From: a virus
Reading direction: 5' to 3' (one strand)
DNA length: 64,000 nucleotides
IMG/VR virus record: IMGVR_UViG_3300025276_004419
Span: 66,027-130,026 of that record
A program made the position numbers and the translations under genes. The notes under the pieces were generated by a model. The model had not been told where the DNA came from. It saw only the letters and a list, made by a program, of their open reading frames with translations, and ran no database searches. Of this stretch, positions 47,629-56,369 are shown piece by piece. How positions within the stretch are numbered: the stretch's first letter is position 1; every line of letters begins with the position of its first letter.

Positions 47629-48255
47629 ATGATAAAGAATAATATATTCTCACCATTTTATTATCAAGGTTACGTAGAAGAAACACCTCAAATCCAAGCA
47701 GATTATCTGCCTAAGATGATTAGTAACTACAAACATTCTCCTAATCATTCACATGATTGGCCTGTTCATACTAATTATTCTTTAAAAGAAAATTTACCAA
47801 ATGAAATAGATTGGTGGGTAAGCGTTCAGCATTATAAAACTTATGTCAATCAATTTATATCTCACCATTTTAGAGGTTTAGATATGGATTGGAGAATACA
47901 AGAAGATCCTTGGTATACTGTGTATGGTAAAGGTCAAAAAGCAGACCAACATGAACATATGGCTTGTGATTTTTCCGCTGTACATTTTCTTAAATTCAAT
48001 CCCGAAGTACATAATCCAATTAAATTTATACACCCGGAACTAACTAAAACAAAATATTTAAAAACATTAAAACCTCACCTACATGATAATTTAGGCACAT
48101 GCACACGTCAATCTTATTATAAAGAAGATTATGTACCCTTGATTACCGAAGGGGATTTTATTATATTTCCAAGTGAATTACAACATCTAGTCCATTCTAA
48201 TAAAAGTGATGAATTACGTATTACAATAGCATTTAATTTTAATATACTAAAATGA
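47629..48255 (+). CDS. Putative 2OG-Fe(II) oxygenase (TIGR02466-like)
   Basis: HEH, FSAVHFLK, FPSELQHLV, RITIAFNF. Confidence 0.8.
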   Translation: MIKNNIFSPFYYQGYVEETPQIQADYLPKMISNYKHSPNHSHDWPVHTNYSLKENLPNEIDWWVSVQHYKTYVNQFISHHFRGLDMDWRIQEDPWYTVYGKGQKADQHEHMACDFSAVHFLKFNPEVHNPIKFIHPELTKTKYLKTLKPHLHDNLGTCTRQSYYKEDYVPLITEGDFIIFPSELQHLVHSNKSDELRITIAFNFNILK

Positions 48256-48449
48256 GAAAAAAAATAGAAACAGCATTCACAAGTTGGTATGTAATTGATG
48301 GTGATGAACATCTTAAAATGGGTTCACTTGAAGATGCTATTGAGTTAATAGGAATGAGAGCACGTGTTTATAAAGGTAACCAACTCCTAATGATGAGTGA
48401 TAAAGAATATGCTACGTGGCATAGTAGAAAATTAATACGTAATTCATGA
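48252..48449 (+). CDS. Hypothetical protein
   Basis: 65-aa coupled ORF. Confidence 0.65.
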   Translation: MRKKIETAFTSWYVIDGDEHLKMGSLEDAIELIGMRARVYKGNQLLMMSDKEYATWHSRKLIRNS

Positions 48450-48634
48450 GTTTTTCAATGTATTTTGTAGGTTTTGTAATTTTTACTCTGTATATATGTT
48501 TTACTATTTGGAACATTAATAATGGTTCTAAAAAACAAGAACAAGATTATTACCAAAGACATAAACAACCTAATCCATCTGATTATGATAGTATGGGGAA
48601 TTATAGTAAATTTCCTAAAGATAAATTAGATTAA
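48446..48634 (+). CDS. Small membrane protein
   Basis: N-terminal TM helix. Confidence 0.65.
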   Translation: MSFSMYFVGFVIFTLYICFTIWNINNGSKKQEQDYYQRHKQPNPSDYDSMGNYSKFPKDKLD

Positions 48635-48636
48635 AA

Positions 48637-49215
48637 ATGAAAAATTTAATAGTAATAGCCCATCCTGATGAAAACAGTTTCTGTTATAACGGGGTTTTCC
48701 AAACAGTTTTGGATAATTTAAGTGTTGATGGTGAAGATGTAATTGTTGCTGATTTATATCGTGATAATTTTGAACAACCTAGAACTGACATTATAAAAAC
48801 ATATAAGGAGAATGTTTCGTGGGCAGATAGAATTTATTTCATATCACCTGTTTGGTGGTTTAGATTAACTCCACGTATGGAAGTGTTCTTTGATGAGGTA
48901 TTTACACCTGGGTTCGCATATAAGTTTGTACCATTGTTTGGTAAATATGCTTATCCAAAACCATTTTTAAAAGATAAAAAAGTTAGAACATATATTACAC
49001 ATGGAGCACCAATGTTACCTGTTGTTACTCTATACTTTAATTCAGTTAAGTTAAGATTAGTAATGGGAGTTTATACTTTTGTATTTGGATGGAATCTAAA
49101 TAGATGGTTTAAAACAAAACAATTCTGGTCAGTGCCATTTGTAACTAATGAAAAACGAAAAGAATATTTAAAAGTAGTCGAACGTGATATAAAACGTGAT
49201 ATAAAACAAAAATAA
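48637..49215 (+). CDS. Flavodoxin-fold NAD(P)H:quinone oxidoreductase (Flavodoxin_2)
   Basis: LIVIAHPDENSF, ADRIYFISPVWW, FFDEVF.PGFAY. Confidence 0.85.
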   Translation: MKNLIVIAHPDENSFCYNGVFQTVLDNLSVDGEDVIVADLYRDNFEQPRTDIIKTYKENVSWADRIYFISPVWWFRLTPRMEVFFDEVFTPGFAYKFVPLFGKYAYPKPFLKDKKVRTYITHGAPMLPVVTLYFNSVKLRLVMGVYTFVFGWNLNRWFKTKQFWSVPFVTNEKRKEYLKVVERDIKRDIKQK

Positions 49216-49232
49216 TATAAAACAAAAATAAT

Positions 49233-49967
49233 ATGAAAAATGTAATGATAGCCTTAACACTTGGGCTTAGTTTAAGTGTAAATGCTCAATCACAAATGAG
49301 TAAACCAACTAATAATAAAATTATTGGTGACCAAAACAACACACAAGTAGTAGTACCACAATCAAGTAATAGTTCTACCACATCTCCAGTTGTAAACAAT
49401 CCTACTCCAGTAGTAGTAACTCCAAGTAGTAACGATAGAGGATTCGATGAGGATAGACGTTATGATTATGATTATAGAAGAAATTCATATAATACTCGTA
49501 ATGATGTATACCGAGGTACATATGAACCACCAACTCGTAATGAAATGCGTTACAGACAAGGCCAACAATGCTTTACTGAGTTTGAAATTAATACTCGACC
49601 ATTCTCATTGTTAAATGGATTCTATGGTGCGGGGCTTGAACTAAGCACATCTTGTAAATCGTCATTTTTATTCGACTTCTCATCAGGTACAAGTACTTTA
49701 TTTGACCTACAAGCAACATCAGGTATGGTTGGTTTTAGACTTTATTCTAAAACAGGTATGGTTGGCAGATATGCAAGTGTAAGGGGAAGGTTAAGAAGTT
49801 ATGAGCAAGGTGACTATTATGGTGGTAACCTATCATTAATGGGTGGTTATAAAGCTAATTGGGATGGTGTTACATTATCAGGTGAATTTGGTCTTGGTTA
49901 TCAAGGTGCAGATGGTATTTACATAACATTACCAACATGGGCAATAACTTTAGGATATAGATTATAA
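49233..49967 (+). CDS. Exported protein with C-terminal outer-membrane beta-barrel (DUF3575-like)
   Basis: Signal peptide, S/T/P/N-rich linker, amphipathic strands ending AITLGYRL. Confidence 0.6.
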   Translation: MKNVMIALTLGLSLSVNAQSQMSKPTNNKIIGDQNNTQVVVPQSSNSSTTSPVVNNPTPVVVTPSSNDRGFDEDRRYDYDYRRNSYNTRNDVYRGTYEPPTRNEMRYRQGQQCFTEFEINTRPFSLLNGFYGAGLELSTSCKSSFLFDFSSGTSTLFDLQATSGMVGFRLYSKTGMVGRYASVRGRLRSYEQGDYYGGNLSLMGGYKANWDGVTLSGEFGLGYQGADGIYITLPTWAITLGYRL

Positions 49968-49971
49968 AAAA

Positions 49972-50003
49972 TTTGGCTACCTGAAATATTGTTCGTATAT
50001 TCA
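49972..50003 (+). promoter_or_regulatory. Bacteroidota-type promoter
   Basis: TTTG-N20-TATATTCA; leader hairpin GGCG-AAA-CGCC 50017-50027. Confidence 0.78.
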
Positions 50004-50044
50004 CCACGTTGAATAAGGCGAAACGCCAATAAATAAAAAAGGTT

Positions 50045-50212
50045 ATGAAGCAGTTAGTTAGATTTTTTACATGTGCGATGACAGGTGACAAATGTGCTGT
50101 CATTTTTGATGGTAAGGATGAAATTTGTGTTACTGAAGCGGAAGGTTATGATGTTTATGCTCAAAGCATGGCAGGATACGACAACCAGCATTTAGTAAAC
50201 GAAATGTATTAA
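50045..50212 (+). CDS. Small hypothetical protein (55 aa, not in track)
   Basis: MKQLVRFFTCAMTGDKC...NEMY after promoter. Confidence 0.65.
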   Translation: MKQLVRFFTCAMTGDKCAVIFDGKDEICVTEAEGYDVYAQSMAGYDNQHLVNEMY

Positions 50213-50213
50213 T

Positions 50214-50537
50214 ATGGTTGGATACACAAACAGATACGGAGAAGTTTTTACATTTACCAAACAAGAGGATGGGAATGTGTTATGGGAAGGTAATTTTGGA
50301 ATTGTAAGAGAAGGTCCTGATTTTCTAGATCCATCAGGAGGTCCATTTATTAAAAAAGGTCAAATGTTATCTCATATGTTATATGGAGATGAAATGAATG
50401 TTATAGTAGAAGGATTTGAGAAAATTGAGACTGGTTACTTAATCAAATGTAAGGAGCATGAGTATGACCTAAATGATATGTCACATTTAGCTGATACTAA
50501 GATTATAGGTGGAATTATTAACACAATAGAGAAATGA
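50214..50537 (+). CDS. Hypothetical protein
   Basis: 107-aa ORF. Confidence 0.72.
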   Translation: MVGYTNRYGEVFTFTKQEDGNVLWEGNFGIVREGPDFLDPSGGPFIKKGQMLSHMLYGDEMNVIVEGFEKIETGYLIKCKEHEYDLNDMSHLADTKIIGGIINTIEK

Positions 50538-50902
50538 GATATCTAATAATAGTACTACTAATAGGAGTAACTCTATCAGCTCAACCTGTTGAACCAATAG
50601 ATTCATTTGCATTACCTCCAATACCAACACCACCACAATCTGAGATTTATGTATTTATACCTAATATTATTACACCAAATGGTGATGGTATTAATGATAG
50701 ATTTGAATTAATACTACAACCCAACTATAAAGTTGTAATGAAGGTATATTCAAGATGGGGTAATTTAGTTTATAAATCAGATGACTACCAGAACGATTAC
50801 TCAGCAATGGATGTTTCAGATGGTGTTTACGCATTCCATGTTCGTGTTTACGATGGAAATAGATACAGAGATTATAATAAAATGATAACAATAATAAAAT
50901 AA
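50534..50902 (+). CDS. Signal peptide + stand-alone T9SS type-B (gliding motility-associated, CHU_C/TIGR04131-like) C-terminal domain
   Basis: IPNIITPNGDGINDRF, VYSRWGNLVY, YQND, GVYAF, ITIIK. Confidence 0.85.
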   Translation: MRYLIIVLLIGVTLSAQPVEPIDSFALPPIPTPPQSEIYVFIPNIITPNGDGINDRFELILQPNYKVVMKVYSRWGNLVYKSDDYQNDYSAMDVSDGVYAFHVRVYDGNRYRDYNKMITIIK

Positions 50903-51111
50903 AAGACATGATAAGTTTTCCGTTTATAGTAGTAATACTATCCTTTGCTGTTATAACATTGTTTATGACACTACCTAATCCCAAAGATAAGAAAAGTAAA
51001 AGACAAAATGATTGATTTTATTATAATAATAGGATTATGGTCATTAGGTATAATATTATTTGTAGCCCTTAAAGAGTTATCTTATTGGATGCGTAATAGA
51101 ATAAATAAATA

Positions 51112-51528
51112 ATGGAATTAAAAAGCATAATAGCAGACGACGGAACACTAGCATCCCCAGGTTTACCAAATGGTGTCAAAAATTACTTGATCGATATAGA
51201 TGGGACTATAACGGATGATGTTCCAAATGAAGAACCTGAACGTATGGAATTAGTATTACCATTCCCAGATGCTTTAGAGATACTAAATAAGTGGTATGAT
51301 GAAGGTCATATTATAACATTTTTTACATCACGTACTGAAGATACAAGATCAATAACTGAAACGTGGTTGAGTAAACATGGTTTTAAATATCATGGTTTAC
51401 TAATGGGTAAACCTCGTGGTGGTAATTACCATTGGATTGATAACCACGTTGTTCAGGCTACCCGTTATATTGATAAATGGACAGATCTAGTTACCAAAAA
51501 TAAGAACATTGAAGTATTCAATAATTAA
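51112..51528 (+). CDS. HAD-superfamily phosphatase
   Basis: LIDIDGTI (DxDGT), FFTSR, LMGKP, WIDN. Confidence 0.8.
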   Translation: MELKSIIADDGTLASPGLPNGVKNYLIDIDGTITDDVPNEEPERMELVLPFPDALEILNKWYDEGHIITFFTSRTEDTRSITETWLSKHGFKYHGLLMGKPRGGNYHWIDNHVVQATRYIDKWTDLVTKNKNIEVFNN

Positions 51529-51535
51529 CAAAATG

Positions 51536-51567
51536 CTTGGCTACCCAAAATATTGTTCGTATATTCA
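51536..51567 (+). promoter_or_regulatory. Bacteroidota-type promoter
   Basis: CTTG-N20-TATATTCA; leader hairpin GGC-GAGAA-GCC. Confidence 0.78.
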
Positions 51568-51605
51568 CGGTGTTGAATAAGGCGAGAAGCCGCAAAATAA
51601 AAGTT

Positions 51606-51947
51606 ATGACAAAGCAAGCAGTTAAAAGTTTTAGAGGTGATTTTCAAAAAGCAGTAGCTCAACTAGAAGCTCAGTATGGTGTTAATATTTCATTAGGTAC
51701 TATTCGTTTTAATGAGGATGGTTTAAGTGCAAAAATGAAAGCCGAAAAAGGTGAAAAAATCGTTCGTGCTAATAAAGCAGATTTCACAATTGGAGATATA
51801 GTTGGTATTAATCATAAAAAAATAGATTCTAACCAAGAATTTGAGGTAATTAAAATCAATAATAAAAATATTAAGGTTAGAGCTATTAATGTTGATGGGA
51901 TTGGTGGTGAATATACAGTTTCACCAAGTATGTTAATTAAAAAATAA
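51606..51947 (+). CDS. Hypothetical protein
   Basis: ATG 51606 (MTKQAVKSF); track TTG 51537 lies inside the promoter. Confidence 0.72.
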   Translation: MTKQAVKSFRGDFQKAVAQLEAQYGVNISLGTIRFNEDGLSAKMKAEKGEKIVRANKADFTIGDIVGINHKKIDSNQEFEVIKINNKNIKVRAINVDGIGGEYTVSPSMLIKK

Positions 51948-52219
51948 AAGTTATGTTAATATTTACGTTAGTGTTGAGTTTATTATTTGTAGGTGCAGGT
52001 GCATTATACTTTCAAGATGAAATAAAATAAATTATGGAAAATATAAACGCAATCCGCTTAATTAAAGCATTAGTTGAAAAATCTCCCCTATCAGAATTAA
52101 TGAGTGAAGATGACAAAAAGGAGTTAATGGAATACATTAACGTTCAAATTGCTATTGAAACTGAATTCGCTGAGTAATGGATAACGAGTTAATTCAAGAC
52201 GAACAGTGGGATTCATATA

Positions 52220-52405
52220 GTGGATTACCAAACCCAACTTGGTATGATAATACAGATGACCAAACTGAAGGTGATGAAGGATAAAGCATTAGAATTGTTA
52301 GAACAAATTGAGGCGAACGTAAGTGTGTGTTGTGCTATAACAATGGAACCAGAAGAGGTGTTAGCAATGATAGAACAGTTACGAGACGAAATAAATAATC
52401 TTTAA
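52220..52405 (+). CDS. Hypothetical protein
   Basis: 61-aa ORF; true start uncertain. Confidence 0.45.
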   Translation: MDYQTQLGMIIQMTKLKVMKDKALELLEQIEANVSVCCAITMEPEEVLAMIEQLRDEINNL

Positions 52406-52437
52406 GTAGATAACTAATACACATTTAATACGGATAT

Positions 52438-52830
52438 ATGATAGGTAAATTAATTCAAGTAGTAGCGGGAGTAAATGTCAAGTTTATTGATGACGTGCCT
52501 CATGTTTTACTCGGTTTAAAACCACATGGTACATGGGAATTTCCGGGCGGTAAAGTTGAAGCAGATGAAACCAATGAAGAAGCATTGGAGCGTGAATGGA
52601 TTGAGGAGATAGGTGTAGCCGTTAAAGTTGATTATCCCAGGATAGGACATGGTACTGTTGGGGCATATGAGATATGGTTCTATGAGGTTGAATTGATTGG
52701 AGATGATGATGAGCCAATAAACAAAGAACACGTTGAGATAAGATACGTTAGGTTAGATGAAGTTAAGAACATGAAACTCAATAGCGTGAATAAAGCAATG
52801 GTAGGTAAGTTAATAAACAAATATAAATGA
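52438..52830 (+). CDS. Nudix hydrolase (MutT-like)
   Basis: [27 protein letters not shown] Nudix box. Confidence 0.92.
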   Translation: MIGKLIQVVAGVNVKFIDDVPHVLLGLKPHGTWEFPGGKVEADETNEEALEREWIEEIGVAVKVDYPRIGHGTVGAYEIWFYEVELIGDDDEPINKEHVEIRYVRLDEVKNMKLNSVNKAMVGKLINKYK

Positions 52831-52931
52831 GTCTACTCCAACTAATATACTCCATAATGCTATCGTTCGTGATAGGAATGCTTTGTGGGTTATATGTGAG
52901 TGACAATCCGAGACGCAACAAGCGAAAATAA
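52827..52931 (+). CDS. Small membrane peptide (34 aa, not in track)
   Basis: [34 protein letters not shown]; ATGA overlap. Confidence 0.5.
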   Translation: MSLLQLIYSIMLSFVIGMLCGLYVSDNPRRNKRK

Positions 52932-53402
52932 ATCTTGCTATAGACGCAACCACACCACTTCCTATGTATATATCTTTAGACATATTATTGAGATGTTTAA
53001 CGCGGAAATACAATAGCGACCTGGGAAACACAACACGTATCGATTCACTATTGACACGCAATTAATCCACCTAATAACCACGTTTTAATGCGCAAGTACG
53101 TTCATTATTCGTCGCAACGTGTGGTCGACCCTAGCAACGTGTGATATACAAATATAAACATATAGGTAGCTACGTAGATTCATATATAGTAGGTGACAAA
53201 CGTATGGTGTGTTATGTGATCTAGAGATGTGGTGCCGCTAACCCTTATGCGTCGCAAGCCCACCTATTACCTCAGGTTAACAAAGTATATATGAACACGA
53301 CTTTTTGCACATCTATTCACAAACATGTGGTGGTGTGACCCGGATATGAACAACACACACGGTGGAGGTAAATAAAGCACTGGTAAGATATGGGCAACTA
53401 AA

Positions 53403-53434
53403 CTTGGAGACGCAAATCTCCGTTCGTATATTTA
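53403..53434 (+). promoter_or_regulatory. Promoter with hairpin in spacer
   Basis: CTTG-N20-TATATTTA; GGAGA-CGCAAA-TCTCC 53406-53421. Confidence 0.75.
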
Positions 53435-53460
53435 CGGTATAATAATTAAATAAAGGTTGT

Positions 53461-53610
53461 ATGGCTAATTTCGAGGAGTTGATTATTGAAGACATTAAGA
53501 ATAACATCGCACGTTACGAGAGTGGGGATATTAGTATTAAAACATGTCTACACCTCATATCTGTTTTCACTCATCACAACCCTGAATTGGAAAATAATTT
53601 GGATACCTGA
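53461..53610 (+). CDS. Small hypothetical protein (49 aa, not in track)
   Basis: MANFEELIIED...ENNLDT after promoter. Confidence 0.6.
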   Translation: MANFEELIIEDIKNNIARYESGDISIKTCLHLISVFTHHNPELENNLDT

Positions 53611-53629
53611 GGTACTGTTCGTATATTGA
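53598..53629 (+). promoter_or_regulatory. Bacteroidota-type promoter
   Basis: TTTG-N20-TATATTGA. Confidence 0.7.
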
Positions 53630-53651
53630 TGTATAATAAAAAATAAAGGTT

Positions 53652-53969
53652 ATGGCATTACGAAGAAACAATGTGGGTGAGTATAATTATCATTTTAATT
53701 TCATAGATGAGACGGGCAGCACTATAGGATTTAATGACGTGTGGGCTAGTAGTAAAAAAATAGCGGTGGCTAGAGCCAAGGTCATGGAGGATACTCCGGG
53801 TTGGAGATGGTACGACGGTAAAACGTACGTTAGCGTTGCAAATGAGGTTACCACTGGTGGACATTGTTATTATAATAAGGGTATGTTCATAGATGTTAAA
53901 TCAATGTATAAGGCAACGCAATCTGATGCGGATCGCATGGCCCAAATCGGGTGGGCGCTAACTAATTAA
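53652..53969 (+). CDS. Hypothetical protein
   Basis: 105-aa ORF, aaaggttATG start. Confidence 0.72.
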   Translation: MALRRNNVGEYNYHFNFIDETGSTIGFNDVWASSKKIAVARAKVMEDTPGWRWYDGKTYVSVANEVTTGGHCYYNKGMFIDVKSMYKATQSDADRMAQIGWALTN

Positions 53970-53989
53970 TATAATATGGGTGTGAGTAG

Positions 53990-54300
53990 GTGATACGATG
54001 GTAATAACCACGGTGAACGTACTTATAACATACTTATCCAGTACCACATTAACGGGTACGGGTATCTCTATACGTACCTTATCTATACCGGTGGGGGGAG
54101 TAATAATATATAATATCTGGTGTATACGTAATGTGGGCAGTGCGGTGGGCGGCGGTACGCGGTACGCATGATGTACATATATCCCATGTACGCCGATATC
54201 CATATACGCGGGGTACGGTGGACCCCCGGTGTTCGACGTAAAAACATATCGACTACGATCCTCGACCATCGATTTAGTATATACTTATATCCCCCACAAA
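53990..54300. repeat. GC-rich non-coding element with clustered GTAC palindromes
   Basis: Nine GTAC sites between 54019 and 54216, G-runs, no credible ORF. Confidence 0.65.
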
Positions 54301-54306
54301 TCGAAA

Positions 54307-54338
54307 CGTGTTTCCCAAATAACCCTTTCGTATATTTA
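54307..54338 (+). promoter_or_regulatory. Bacteroidota-type promoter
   Basis: CGTG-N20-TATATTTA. Confidence 0.65.
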
Positions 54339-54398
54339 TACACGAATACCGAGAGAATCTTTTAAACAAAATTTCGCACGTCGACAAAAATATATACT

Positions 54399-55409
54399 AT
54401 GGCATCTAATTACTCATCCACCGAATTGTTCGGTACCGGATCATTACTTAAAGAAAACTTTACCGCAGGGACTGAATACAAGATATCGCTCCAGAAAACA
54501 GAGGTTAGTGCTTCTACTATTTCTAACACATATCTTATGATGGAAGCTCTTACATTTACAACTCCTGCTCTTCCTTTATATTTTTCGGGAAGTAGTTATT
54601 CAGGATCTAACGTATATGGTGGACAAACCGATAATTATACTCAAGGTATTTATGTTCCCTCAGAAGGTGTTTCCGAAATTAGGTGGACTCCCGCTATTAA
54701 CGTAACAGGTGCTAATGTACATTTTAAAGCTACGGGACTTATTAGTGCTTCCATTAGTGTTATTAGTTATGTATTTACTACAAAAGCAGAGCTACAAACA
54801 GCTGTTAACCTATGGATTTCAGATAACACTTCCGCTCTTGCTACATATGGGGAAATTAATACTTGGGATGTTTTAGCTATTACAAATATGGATTCTTTAT
54901 TCCTAAATAAAACAACATTTAATAGTAATATTTCAAATTGGAATGTGACTAACGTGGAAGTAATGGCTAGTATGTTTGAAGGAGCAACTGCTTTTAATCA
55001 ACCTATTGGTAGTTGGAATGTGCAACAAAATGGTTCTGCGGTTTCAATGTTTAACGGTGCCACATCATTCAATCAACCTCTAAATAATTGGGATGTGAGT
55101 AATGTTGGAAACTTTCTTAATATGTTTGCAAATGCTGATGCATTCCAACAACCATTAAATTTATGGGAACCAAATAGTTTAGGTAATGGATTTGGTCAAG
55201 GGTTTATGGGAGTAACTGGTACTTCAACTGCTATAACTTATAATTCACTAGATACTTTATATAATGGTTGGGTTGTCGATTTCGCAGCATTGCGAACTAA
55301 TGTAACAATTAGTTTTGGTGATTCAACATTTACCTCAGCAGGATTAGCTGCTAAAAACATATTAATTAACAGTAAGAATTGGACTATCACTGATGGTGGG
55401 CAAGTTTAA
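54399..55409 (+). CDS. BspA-like/DUF285 repeat surface or virion protein
   Basis: WDV-x-x-V-x-NM-x-x-MF...FNQPL-x-x-W repeats (e.g. WNVTNVEVMASMFEGATAFNQPIGSWNV). Confidence 0.82.
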   Translation: MASNYSSTELFGTGSLLKENFTAGTEYKISLQKTEVSASTISNTYLMMEALTFTTPALPLYFSGSSYSGSNVYGGQTDNYTQGIYVPSEGVSEIRWTPAINVTGANVHFKATGLISASISVISYVFTTKAELQTAVNLWISDNTSALATYGEINTWDVLAITNMDSLFLNKTTFNSNISNWNVTNVEVMASMFEGATAFNQPIGSWNVQQNGSAVSMFNGATSFNQPLNNWDVSNVGNFLNMFANADAFQQPLNLWEPNSLGNGFGQGFMGVTGTSTAITYNSLDTLYNGWVVDFAALRTNVTISFGDSTFTSAGLAAKNILINSKNWTITDGGQV

Positions 55410-55437
55410 AAAATAATTAAAAGTAATGCACGGGAAG

Positions 55438-55469
55438 CTTGGCTTCCCGGGCTATCTTTCGTATATTTA
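55438..55469 (+). promoter_or_regulatory. Promoter overlapping a hairpin
   Basis: CTTG-N20-TATATTTA; CGGGAAGC-TTG-GCTTCCCG at 55431-55449. Confidence 0.75.
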
Positions 55470-55516
55470 CCATGTAAATGGGGTTAGAGCCCAATTATTA
55501 ATTAAAAATAAAAGTT

Positions 55517-56332
55517 ATGATGTTTTCTTACGACAGTTCAAAAAATGAATTTCTTACAAAGGATGAAATCCGTGAAACCGCTCCATCTGTGTTCACAAAA
55601 GTTGCTTCTTCAACTACTTCTAAGCATTACGTTCACATTTCAACAGAACAAGTAATAGACGATATGTCTTCTTTAGGATGGAATGTGGTTGATGCAAAAC
55701 AAGTAAATGCTCGTAAGAATCCAGGATTCCAAAAACATATGGTTGTATTTGGTAATGATGATGTAATAGTAAATGGTGATGATGGTGATACTGTAATGCC
55801 TAGAATATTGATGACTAATAGTCATGATGGAAAGAATTCATTTAGTTTTAGAGCCGGATTATATCGTTTAGTATGTTCGAATGGTTTAGTTATTGCTGAT
55901 GCCGAGTTCGCTAATATGAAGATCCGCCATATGGGATATGATTTAACAGAGCTTAAAACGGTTATTAACGAGATAGTTGAAAAACTTCCACTTACTGTTG
56001 AGTGTATGAATAAGCTTAAATCAAAGCAGTTAAGTAAGGAAGAGAAAGCAGAATTTGCTAAAGGTGCACTTGCAACTCGTTTAAGTGAAAAAGAACTTTC
56101 AAACGTTACTAGTGATCAAATATTAGATCTATTAGAACCAACGAGAGTTGAAGATAAGGGAGATGATATGTGGAATGTATTTAATGTAATTCAGGAAAAG
56201 ATCATTCACGGTATGTTTGATGTGTATGGTGTGAGTGGGAAAGTACGTAAAGCACGTAAAATCAAAAATTTCCGTCAAGATACAAAAGTAAACCAAGAAT
56301 TATACCAACTAGCAGTTGATTATGCAGCATAG
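55517..56332 (+). CDS. DUF932/DUF945 family protein
   Basis: NSHDG..SF.F.AGLYRLVCSNG. Confidence 0.85.
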   Translation: MMFSYDSSKNEFLTKDEIRETAPSVFTKVASSTTSKHYVHISTEQVIDDMSSLGWNVVDAKQVNARKNPGFQKHMVVFGNDDVIVNGDDGDTVMPRILMTNSHDGKNSFSFRAGLYRLVCSNGLVIADAEFANMKIRHMGYDLTELKTVINEIVEKLPLTVECMNKLKSKQLSKEEKAEFAKGALATRLSEKELSNVTSDQILDLLEPTRVEDKGDDMWNVFNVIQEKIIHGMFDVYGVSGKVRKARKIKNFRQDTKVNQELYQLAVDYAA

Positions 56333-56369
56333 AGGAATAGGTAGAGTGATTAGGGAGGTTGAGGACGGT

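Noticed and set aside
49181-49230. Short tandem repeats (AACGTGATATAA x2; ATATAAAACAAAAATA x2) at the end of the flavodoxin-fold gene
   Set aside because: Two-copy, low-complexity slippage-type duplications with no evident function
45892-51605. Track starts at TTG 45892 and TTG 51537
   Set aside because: Both lie inside conserved promoter elements; downstream ATGs (45928, 51606) fit the shared leader pattern
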